NCBI GenBank assembly: GCA_964581585.1 | Contig: CAZOPG010000001.1 | Coordinates: 1 to 24,102 of the forward strand | DNA: 24,102 nt | Origin: an uncultured Planctomycetaceae bacterium | GTDB taxonomy: Bacteria; Planctomycetota; Phycisphaerae; Sedimentisphaerales; UBA12454 | Reading direction: 5' to 3' | In this document: piece by piece, positions 6,542 through 14,368 of the stretch | Position numbering within the stretch: position 1 is the stretch's first letter | How the letters are laid out: the number at the start of each line of letters is the position of its first letter | The notes under the pieces: generated by a model | What the model was told of the DNA's origin: nothing | Databases searched by the model: none | The model's input: only the letters and a program-made list of their open reading frames with translations | Made by a program: the position numbers and the translations under genes

Positions 6542-7507
6542 GTGAGAGTTCTTTCTGGAATACAGCCGTCTGGCAAGCTTCATATAGGTAATTATTTTGG
6601 TGCAATGAGGCAGCATCTCAAGTTGCAGGCCGAAAATGAAAGTTTTTATTTTATTGCGGATTATCACGCCTTAACAGGCTGTCCAAAGCCGGACGATTTG
6701 CGTCAGTACCGCCTTGATGTGGCGATGGACTACCTGTCGCTGGGGCTTAATCCCGACAAGACTGTGTTTTGGTGTCAATCGGATGTGCCGGAAGTTATCG
6801 AGCTGAGCTGGTTGCTCTCCTGTGTTACGCCGATGGGACTGCTGCAGCGATGCGTCAGCTACAAGGACAAGGTTGCTCAGGGGTTGAGTCCTAATCACGG
6901 GCTTTTTGCTTATCCGGTGCTTCAGGCAGCCGACATTCTGATTTTTGACAGTGAGCTTGTTCCTGTCGGCGCCGATCAAAAACAGCACATCGAAGTTACG
7001 CGTGATATTGCTCAGTACTTCAATAATACATATAACGAAGTTTTTGTTATCCCTGATGAATATATTTTGGAATCGGTCGCAGTTGTTCCAGGAGTTGACG
7101 GCAGAAAGATGAGCAAAAGTTACAATAACGCTATAGAGATATTCGAGCCTGAAAAACAGGTTAAAAAGAAAGTGATGCAGATAGTTACCGATTCTACGCC
7201 GGTAGCTGAACCGAAGGACCCCGAAAAGTGTAACGTATTTGCGATTTTGAAACTGGTTGCCTCAGAGGATGAATTGGCTGAGTGGGAAACAAAATATCGG
7301 CAGGGCGGTATGGGCTATGGAGATGTCAAAAAAAGGGTTGCTGAGTTGCTGATAGAATATTTTGCTCCGTACCGCCAGAGGCGTGCTGAACTTGAAAATA
7401 ATATTGATTATGTTGAGCAGGTATTGGCAGACGGTGCTGTTCGTGCTAAAGTTGTGGCTAAAGCTGTTCTTGCAAAGGCACGAAAAGCGGCTGGGCTTTC
7501 GAGTTGA
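6542..7507 (+). CDS. trpS: Tryptophan--tRNA ligase
   Basis: SGIQPSGKLHIGNY, YPVLQAADIL, VPVGADQKQHIE and KMSKS. GTG start with SD AGGAG. Confidence 0.97.
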   Translation: MRVLSGIQPSGKLHIGNYFGAMRQHLKLQAENESFYFIADYHALTGCPKPDDLRQYRLDVAMDYLSLGLNPDKTVFWCQSDVPEVIELSWLLSCVTPMGLLQRCVSYKDKVAQGLSPNHGLFAYPVLQAADILIFDSELVPVGADQKQHIEVTRDIAQYFNNTYNEVFVIPDEYILESVAVVPGVDGRKMSKSYNNAIEIFEPEKQVKKKVMQIVTDSTPVAEPKDPEKCNVFAILKLVASEDELAEWETKYRQGGMGYGDVKKRVAELLIEYFAPYRQRRAELENNIDYVEQVLADGAVRAKVVAKAVLAKARKAAGLSS

Positions 7508-7531
7508 CAAAAAGAGAGGTGATGTGAATAT

Positions 7532-8419
7532 ATGAGCGACTATCGTGTGAATCTTGATATTTTTTCCGGGCCTTTAGATCTACTGCTCTATCTTGTTCGC
7601 AAGGAAGAGGTGGATATTTATGATATATCGATTGCCAGTGTTACCACCGAGTATATTCGGTACGTTGAGGTTCTGAAGATGTTGAATATGGAACTGGCTG
7701 GGGATTTTTTGGTGATGGCGGCGACGTTGATGGAGATCAAGTCGGCAATGCTTTTGCCGGCGGACGAGATCGACGCTGTTGATGAGGAGCAGGGAGTTGA
7801 TCCGCGTAAGGAATTGATTCGGCAGCTTCTCGAATATAAAAAGTTCAAAGATGCCGCTAACATGCTCAAAAGTTCTTCTGATATTCAGGCTCAGCGTTAT
7901 CAACGCAGCGATGTGATTCTGACGCAGTTGGGTGATGAAACAGAGCCGGAAGTTGATATGGAACAACTCAGTATCTGGGATTTACTCAGTGCTTTCGATA
8001 CGGTTATGAAGTCGATTGGCACTGTGATGGATATCAGCCGTATCAGTGATGATACTCCGATTGATCTGTATCAGATTGAGATTTTACATCGTCTTCAGAG
8101 CGAAGGGGCTATGAGTTTTGAGCGAATTTTTGAAGGCAAAAAAAATAAACTTGTAATGATAGGTCTGTTCCTTGGGATCCTTGAGCTTGTGCGTGAAAAA
8201 CTTATTACCGCTGAACAATCTGAGGAAACAGGGGCGATATATCTGCGTTCGTTGACGGATATCCCGGCAGAAGAAGCGGTTCGCAGCGCAATTTTAACCT
8301 CTACCGATGAAGAAACTGCTGAGAAAGATGAGGTTCAGCAACCTCGAATTCGTATTGAAGAAATTCCCGCAGAAAAGATGCCGCAAGAGCAGGAAAATGT
8401 ACCCTTGAACGGTTCATAA
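7532..8419 (+). CDS. scpA: Segregation and condensation protein A (SMC kleisin)
   Basis: FSGPLDLLLYLVRKEEVDIYDI, AGDFLVMAATLMEIKSAMLLP, DPRKELIRQLLEYKKFK and FLGILELVR, plus an acidic C-terminal extension. Confidence 0.93.
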   Translation: MSDYRVNLDIFSGPLDLLLYLVRKEEVDIYDISIASVTTEYIRYVEVLKMLNMELAGDFLVMAATLMEIKSAMLLPADEIDAVDEEQGVDPRKELIRQLLEYKKFKDAANMLKSSSDIQAQRYQRSDVILTQLGDETEPEVDMEQLSIWDLLSAFDTVMKSIGTVMDISRISDDTPIDLYQIEILHRLQSEGAMSFERIFEGKKNKLVMIGLFLGILELVREKLITAEQSEETGAIYLRSLTDIPAEEAVRSAILTSTDEETAEKDEVQQPRIRIEEIPAEKMPQEQENVPLNGS

Positions 8420-8436
8420 GTGGACGATTTAATTGT

Positions 8437-8465
8437 TTGACATATCGTGGGTTTGTAACTACAAT
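8437..8465 (+). promoter_or_regulatory. sigma70 promoter of trxA-aspS(-kinase)
   Basis: TTGACA (8437-8442), 17 nt, TACAAT (8460-8465); near consensus. Confidence 0.75.
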
Positions 8466-8505
8466 TACTGCCTTGAGTCAATAAGGTATTGGAAAGGATT
8501 TAATA

Positions 8506-8844
8506 ATGGCGGGTAGTTTGACAGAATTGACTGATGCGGAATTTGATACTCTTGTACACAGCTCCGCAGAGCCGGTATTGGTGGATTTCTGGGCTCCGTG
8601 GTGCGGGCCATGTAAAATGCTTGCGCCTGTGATCCAGGAGATCGCTGATGAATATGCCGATCGGGCTAAAGTATGTAAGCTGAATACTGATGAGCATCAC
8701 GAAGCAGCAGTGGAATTTAGTATAAATGCGATCCCGACAATTATTCTGTTTCACAATGGGCAGATGGCCAAAAAATGGGTCGGACTTGTGAGCAAGAACG
8801 ATATTGTTGAGGGGATTGACGAAGTCCTTCAGGATCAAAGCTAA
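8506..8844 (+). CDS. trxA: Thioredoxin
   Basis: VDFWAPWCGPCKM active site and cis-Pro motif AIPT. Confidence 0.97.
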   Translation: MAGSLTELTDAEFDTLVHSSAEPVLVDFWAPWCGPCKMLAPVIQEIADEYADRAKVCKLNTDEHHEAAVEFSINAIPTIILFHNGQMAKKWVGLVSKNDIVEGIDEVLQDQS

Positions 8845-8848
8845 AAGT

Positions 8849-10615
8849 ATGCTGAAGAGAACACATAATTGCGGCCAGCTCTGCATAGATGATGTTGGCA
8901 GCAAAGTTTCGCTTGCTGGCTGGGTTCATTCCTATCGTGATCATGGCAGTCTGGTCTTTCTCGACCTTCGTGACCGCTATGGGATTACTCAATTGGTTTT
9001 TGATGCTGAAAAGCAGTCCGACCTTCACAGACAGTCTCAACAGATACGCTGCGAATGGGTTATCGCTATTTCAGGTGTTGTCGCTGGTCGAGGTAAGAGT
9101 AATCCGAAATTGCCGACCGGAGAAATCGAAGTAGCGATCGATGATCTGGAAATTCTGAACAAGGCCAAGACCCCTCCATTTGAGCTGGATGCCGCTGAAA
9201 ACGTTGACGAAGAACTTCGGCTGACTAATCGGTATATTGATCTACGCAGGCCGGCGATGCAAAATAAATTGCGAGTCAGACACAGGGTGGCGAAAATTGT
9301 TCGTGATTTTTATGACAGCGAGGGTTTCTGGGAAATTGAAACTCCGTTTCTTGGCAAAAGTACGCCTGAGGGGGCCAGAGACTATCTTGTTCCGAGCAGA
9401 CTCTCGGCGGGATGTTTTTATGCACTGCCGCAATCTCCTCAATTGTTTAAGCAGCTTCTGATGGTTAGTGGCGTCGATAAATATTTTCAGATCGTTCGCT
9501 GTTTTCGTGATGAGGACCCGCGTGCGGATCGGCAGGCGGAGTTTACGCAGATCGATGTGGAGATGAGCTTTGTTGACAGTGAAGATGTGATAGACATAAA
9601 CGAAAGACTTGCCGCGCAGATATGGAAAGAAGTGCTCGGAGTCGATGTTGAATTGCCAATGAAACGTATCAGCTATAAACAGTCGGTGGATGAATATGGA
9701 ATCGACAGGCCTGATATGCGTTTTGATATGAAGCTTAAAGATATTTCCGATATCGCAAAAGAGAGCGGCTTTGGGGTGTTTACTTCTACTATTGAAAACG
9801 GTGGAGTTGTGAAGGGCCTTTGTGGGCCGGGAGCGGGGAGTTATTCGAGGAAGGATATCGAAAAGACGCTGACGGGATTTGTGGCGGATTACGGAGCCAA
9901 GGGTCTGGCGTGGTTTAAGATTGCCAAGGCAGGCGAACTTGCTGGGCCTTCTGCTAAGTTCTTTGACAGTGATCAGCAGCAGCAGATAATAAGCCGCTTC
10001 GGCGCAACTGAAAATGATCTGATACTTCTGATCGCTGACAAGGAGGGTAATGCTAATAAAGCCCTTGCGCCATTGCGTGTGAAGTTAGGTAGAGATCTGA
10101 AGCTGTACGACGATGATGCTTACTCATTTGTATGGGTTGTGGATTTTCCATTGTTTGAATGGAACGAAGATGCTCAGCGATACGACTCTCTGCACCATCC
10201 TTTTACAGCACCGGTAGCTGAAGATATTGAAAAACTTGATACGGACCCTGGCAATATCTGCTCGCAGGCATACGATATTGTTGTCAACGGTTCGGAAATC
10301 GGCGGAGGCAGTATTCGTATTCATCAGCCGGAGATGCAGGCCAAAGTTTTTGATCTGCTTAATATTTCCAAAGAGCAGGCTAATGACCGGTTCGGTTTTT
10401 TTCTCAAGGCTCTTGAGTATGGTGCGCCTCCTCACGGCGGAATTGCATTTGGGCTTGACAGGCTTGTTATGCTACTGACCGAGACCGAAAATATTCGTGA
10501 TGTTATTGCTTTTCCAAAGACTCTTCGTGGCCAGTGTCTTATGACGGATGCTCCCGGGCTGGTTGAGCAGGGGCAATTGGACGAACTTAATCTGCGAACA
10601 CAAAAACACCATTAG
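8849..10615 (+). CDS. aspS: Aspartate--tRNA ligase, probably non-discriminating Asp/Asn type
   Basis: MLKRTHNCGQL start at ATG 8849 (the track extends to 8804). RDHG, motif 2 FRDEDPRADRQAEFTQ, GAD insert and motif 3 GGIAFGLDRL. Confidence 0.97.
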   Translation: MLKRTHNCGQLCIDDVGSKVSLAGWVHSYRDHGSLVFLDLRDRYGITQLVFDAEKQSDLHRQSQQIRCEWVIAISGVVAGRGKSNPKLPTGEIEVAIDDLEILNKAKTPPFELDAAENVDEELRLTNRYIDLRRPAMQNKLRVRHRVAKIVRDFYDSEGFWEIETPFLGKSTPEGARDYLVPSRLSAGCFYALPQSPQLFKQLLMVSGVDKYFQIVRCFRDEDPRADRQAEFTQIDVEMSFVDSEDVIDINERLAAQIWKEVLGVDVELPMKRISYKQSVDEYGIDRPDMRFDMKLKDISDIAKESGFGVFTSTIENGGVVKGLCGPGAGSYSRKDIEKTLTGFVADYGAKGLAWFKIAKAGELAGPSAKFFDSDQQQQIISRFGATENDLILLIADKEGNANKALAPLRVKLGRDLKLYDDDAYSFVWVVDFPLFEWNEDAQRYDSLHHPFTAPVAEDIEKLDTDPGNICSQAYDIVVNGSEIGGGSIRIHQPEMQAKVFDLLNISKEQANDRFGFFLKALEYGAPPHGGIAFGLDRLVMLLTETENIRDVIAFPKTLRGQCLMTDAPGLVEQGQLDELNLRTQKHH

Positions 10616-10624
10616 AATTGAACT

Positions 10625-12241
10625 ATGGTTGATAGCAAATCCAAGACGTTCGGTTTTGTTGCAAAGCTGCTTCGTTTGTTTTATCCACATTCGATGTCCC
10701 TGGCGGGTAAGTGCCGTCTCCTCTTTGGCGCAGCAGTTGTTCTGATATTAGCTCTGGCTCTGCTTATTCCATATTTCTGGATGGGCAAACTGACCGAAAG
10801 AGTAATGCTCGATTCGGGGCAGGCGGTTGTCAATACGGTTTATGAAAATCACTTTAAGTTTGATTCCCAACCCGGCGAGGGGCTTGTGTCTTTGGACGAG
10901 ACAGGCTCGGCGATAACTGTTTCTGATAGTATGGTCAAATGGCTGCGATTTGGGGATGAGAACCAAAAGCAGAATGTTGAATTTACAGAGAAACAGACCC
11001 AAGCCATTGAATCACTTAAAGACAATGAGCGAATTAATGCGACGGCTTGGACTCAAAAATATGATGGAGTTGCGAAAATAAATTATGTTAATATTGTCAG
11101 GGCTAACAAGAATTGCCTGCAATGCCATAATCCGGATGGTTCGGCTGCCGCTTTTAATCAGAATGAACCGGTCGGTGCTGTAATAGTCCGTATGCCTGGT
11201 GTGAAAATCAAAGAAACACTTTTGATAAATCGTATCTGTATTATTGCAGCCGGGCTGCTGGCCGGTGCCGGTGCGATCATAGCTTTTTATGTGATTGCTC
11301 AACGCGTTATCCTCAGTCCAATCAGACAACTGCGTGCACTGGTTACTAATGTTTCTGAGGGTAATCTCGAAGTTCGCTGCGGAATAAAAACCAATGACGA
11401 ATTTGAAAGGCTTGGCGAAGCACTTAACCAAATGCTTAATGGTCTGGCGGAGGGACAGGGGAAACTTCGCGAGGCAAACCGACAGTTAGATACGAAAATA
11501 ACTGAACTTTCGGACCGTAATATCGAACTTTTCAAAGCAAACAAACTCAAGAGTGAATTTCTGGCAAATATGAGCCATGAATTCAGAACGCCATTAAATG
11601 CGATCCTTGGCTTTGCTGAGATTTTGCACGAGAAGTCAGGCGATGATATTGCCAAGAGTAAACGATACGCTGAGAATATTATCAGCAGCGGACGTAGCCT
11701 GCTTGGTATGATTAACGATCTGCTTGATTTGGCAAAAGCTGAGGCTGGCAAAATCACACTACGTCCGGAAAATACGAATATTGTCGAACTGTGCAGGGGG
11801 CTTGTGGCGTTCTTTTCGCCATTGACAGAAAAGCAAAAGATTAAAGTTCGCCTTACTGGTGACGATAATATTCCGATTATCAGGACGGACCCGGGAAAAG
11901 TTCAGCAGATATTGTATAACCTACTCAGCAATGCAGTTAAATTTACCCCGGAAAACGGCAAAATTGAAATTAAGACAACTATGCCCGATGAGACCACCGT
12001 CCGTATCGCGGTGAGCGATACCGGGGGTGGGATAGCTGAGGCGGACAAGGAAAAAATATTTGAAAAATTCCGCCAGGGGGATGGCTCAATTACTCGCCAA
12101 ACAGAAGGTACCGGCCTTGGGCTGGCAATCAGTACCGAACTTGCCCAGCTTCTGAGCGGGGAAATATCTCTTAAAAGCGAGGAGGATAAGGGGTCAACAT
12201 TCTGGCTGGACCTGCCGGTTATTCGTGGCGAAGTGTCTTGA
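10625..12241 (+). CDS. Membrane sensor histidine kinase with a periplasmic c-type heme (DUF3365-like) domain and HAMP
   Basis: Two TM segments flank a domain containing CLQCH. HAMP (SPIRQL...DEFERLGEALNQM), H box MSHEFRTPLNAI, N box NLLSNAVKFT and G boxes DTGGGI / GTGLGL. An alternative start is ATG 10694. Confidence 0.9.
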   Translation: MVDSKSKTFGFVAKLLRLFYPHSMSLAGKCRLLFGAAVVLILALALLIPYFWMGKLTERVMLDSGQAVVNTVYENHFKFDSQPGEGLVSLDETGSAITVSDSMVKWLRFGDENQKQNVEFTEKQTQAIESLKDNERINATAWTQKYDGVAKINYVNIVRANKNCLQCHNPDGSAAAFNQNEPVGAVIVRMPGVKIKETLLINRICIIAAGLLAGAGAIIAFYVIAQRVILSPIRQLRALVTNVSEGNLEVRCGIKTNDEFERLGEALNQMLNGLAEGQGKLREANRQLDTKITELSDRNIELFKANKLKSEFLANMSHEFRTPLNAILGFAEILHEKSGDDIAKSKRYAENIISSGRSLLGMINDLLDLAKAEAGKITLRPENTNIVELCRGLVAFFSPLTEKQKIKVRLTGDDNIPIIRTDPGKVQQILYNLLSNAVKFTPENGKIEIKTTMPDETTVRIAVSDTGGGIAEADKEKIFEKFRQGDGSITRQTEGTGLGLAISTELAQLLSGEISLKSEEDKGSTFWLDLPVIRGEVS

Positions 12242-12281
12242 GCAAGGAGAATACGTCCCCTCGCCCCCGAAAACTGATCCA

Positions 12282-12320
12282 TTCAAAATTCGAAAAAAAT
12301 TGTTATAATTCGATTTTGAA
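12282..12320. terminator. AT-rich inverted repeat between convergent genes, possible terminator
   Basis: TTCAAAATTCGAA (12282-12294) and TTCGATTTTGAA (12309-12320), with one bulge. Confidence 0.3.
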
Positions 12321-12393
12321 AGGACCAAACTGCCGAAAATTCTCAATATTTAACAACTTCATGGTCTTTGATATGTAATTGCAGCGACACGAT

Positions 12394-14334
12394 TTATGGT
12401 TTGTGATTTTCCTCGGAATCTACCCAGCCGTCATCATGCGCATCTCGTTTTATAGTTCTCAAACGGCGGAACATTTTCCTGACATCTAACAATCCGCCTA
12501 TCGACATCCAGACTACCATGATTACTGCAAGGATAAGCGAAATTGGTATGTAATATTTCCAGTATGTCAGCCAGAATTGTTCACTGGTTCCAAATGCAAA
12601 GTGATAGATCGTGCCTACGATGAAAATCAGGAACCAGAAAGATGAAATGCCCAGAAGCGAGAAGAATATGACTTTATCTCCCCTGCTGAATTCTTTGCTC
12701 AAACCAAGTTTGGCCCATGCACTTTCTTTTTCAGAGGCTCCTTTGACGACATCACCTTCAACAGCATACTTCCCGCGATGCAGGAGTTTATCGAGATTGT
12801 ACTCTTTTTGTTTAGGGCCAAGAAGCGAAACGGTTACATATAACAGAGAAGCAACTAAGACGGCGATGAAGCTCATCTGCATACCGTTCAGGAAGAAATC
12901 GGGGTTAATTTGTGTTATGACTATGCCAGTTAGTGCCAGCGTCGAGCCGGCAATCATTGAACAAAATGCTGCCGGCGTGGTGCCCTTTTTCCAGTAGAGA
13001 CCGCCAAGCATAACCGCACCTGCTCCGCCGGTATAAATCGCACCAGTTATCGAGAACCACAGTAAAATAGCCTGGGTCTGTCTCCAGACCATACTAAAAG
13101 CAAAAATAAATATAGCCACACCGAGAATAGAGGCACGCAATAAATGCATATGTGTTTTTTCGCTGAACGGTTTTTTGCGGAACGGCATAACTACATCCTG
13201 TATAAAAATACTCCCCCATGAATGCATATAAGTATCGTGTGTGCTTATAAACGCCGCCAGGAACACCGCCGCGAAACAGCCCATCAAACCAACTGACAAC
13301 ATCTTGCTCATCATCACCGGGACTATCATCTGGCTACGAACCTCTTCATTCGCAATGGTGTCAAGAGTAGTGTTAATCTCCGATGCCAACGGTGTGAAGT
13401 TATTATGACGTAATATAACATATGCCGCTACCGGAACAATAAATGAGGTCGCGCCTCCCACCATACCTCGCAGCGATGCCAGGATACCGCCCATCTTTGC
13501 TTCGTGCGGCGTAAGAGCGGAACTGTTATAGCCTTGTGTTCCCTGCCATGTACGAGTGCCGTACAAGCTGATAGCTACGCCCATCACAAAATACCAGACG
13601 TTGAAGTCTTTGATACTCTCTCCCCGGAACGGATGGATCATATGGACGTTCTCAGGTTTTACAAGCACCTCTTCCATCGGAGCCCAACCCACTTTGAAGA
13701 AAATGAATACAACTATGCCAGTAAGAACAATGGAACAGAAGAAGGCCTGTATAAAATCTGTAATTGTTACTGCGATCTGGCCGCCCATATAGGTGAAATA
13801 TAGAGCTGCTATTAGAAGAACGGCCATCACAGTGGGATAGCTGGAAAGGGAGATTCCCAGAACATCAAAGGTTGGGGGAAATCCGCAGAAATGGATGAAA
13901 AACTTTGCACCAACTGCAGGGAAAATTCCAAAATTAAGGATACCCGAGCCAAAAATGATAAAGCCCATAAAGATACGAAATTTTCTGCTGTATCTTCGTT
14001 CAAAAAACTCCGCTATCGTCAACGAGCGGGTTTGCCGGAAACGGTATATTACAAACCCTGTAAGTGCCACAACAATACCGACCGGAATAGCCATACCCTG
14101 CCACCAGGACACGGTGAAGCCTGCCTGATAATACAGCTGATACATACCCACAAGTGAAATAGCCCCCATATTAGCCATGTCGCCGGATACAGTTAAAAGG
14201 TATCGGCCCGCACAACGATTGGCGGACAGAAAATCCGCTACACTTTTGGTGTATCTTCGCGTGTAAGTGGCAACGGCTGTAAGAGCAAAGAAGAACACTC
14301 CAATAATTAACCAATCGATCCAGTGTAAATTCAT
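12394..14334 (-). CDS. Sodium:solute symporter (SSS) family, probably a sugar importer
   Basis: 646 aa, many TMs. Motifs SVADFLSANRCAGR, TIAEFFERRYS, YTYMGGQIAVTITDFIQ, AAFISTHD and GLYWKKGT. Confidence 0.9.
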   Translation of the reverse strand: MNLHWIDWLIIGVFFFALTAVATYTRRYTKSVADFLSANRCAGRYLLTVSGDMANMGAISLVGMYQLYYQAGFTVSWWQGMAIPVGIVVALTGFVIYRFRQTRSLTIAEFFERRYSRKFRIFMGFIIFGSGILNFGIFPAVGAKFFIHFCGFPPTFDVLGISLSSYPTVMAVLLIAALYFTYMGGQIAVTITDFIQAFFCSIVLTGIVVFIFFKVGWAPMEEVLVKPENVHMIHPFRGESIKDFNVWYFVMGVAISLYGTRTWQGTQGYNSSALTPHEAKMGGILASLRGMVGGATSFIVPVAAYVILRHNNFTPLASEINTTLDTIANEEVRSQMIVPVMMSKMLSVGLMGCFAAVFLAAFISTHDTYMHSWGSIFIQDVVMPFRKKPFSEKTHMHLLRASILGVAIFIFAFSMVWRQTQAILLWFSITGAIYTGGAGAVMLGGLYWKKGTTPAAFCSMIAGSTLALTGIVITQINPDFFLNGMQMSFIAVLVASLLYVTVSLLGPKQKEYNLDKLLHRGKYAVEGDVVKGASEKESAWAKLGLSKEFSRGDKVIFFSLLGISSFWFLIFIVGTIYHFAFGTSEQFWLTYWKYYIPISLILAVIMVVWMSIGGLLDVRKMFRRLRTIKRDAHDDGWVDSEENHKP

Positions 14335-14368
14335 GGCTATCCCTTCTGAAGATTTAATTTCTATAACT

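Noticed and set aside
7532-8419. scpA without an adjacent scpB
   Set aside because: trpS-scpA linkage and a separated scpB are common arrangements.
8804-8848. 15-codon N-terminal extension of aspS overlapping trxA in the ORF track
   Set aside because: The conserved AspRS N-terminus begins at ATG 8849, so the extension is an ORF-calling artefact.
10681-10689. Perfect DnaA box TTATCCACA
   Set aside because: A single 9-mer inside the kinase ORF (or 5 nt before its alternative start) is plausible by chance in 24 kb. There is no box cluster.
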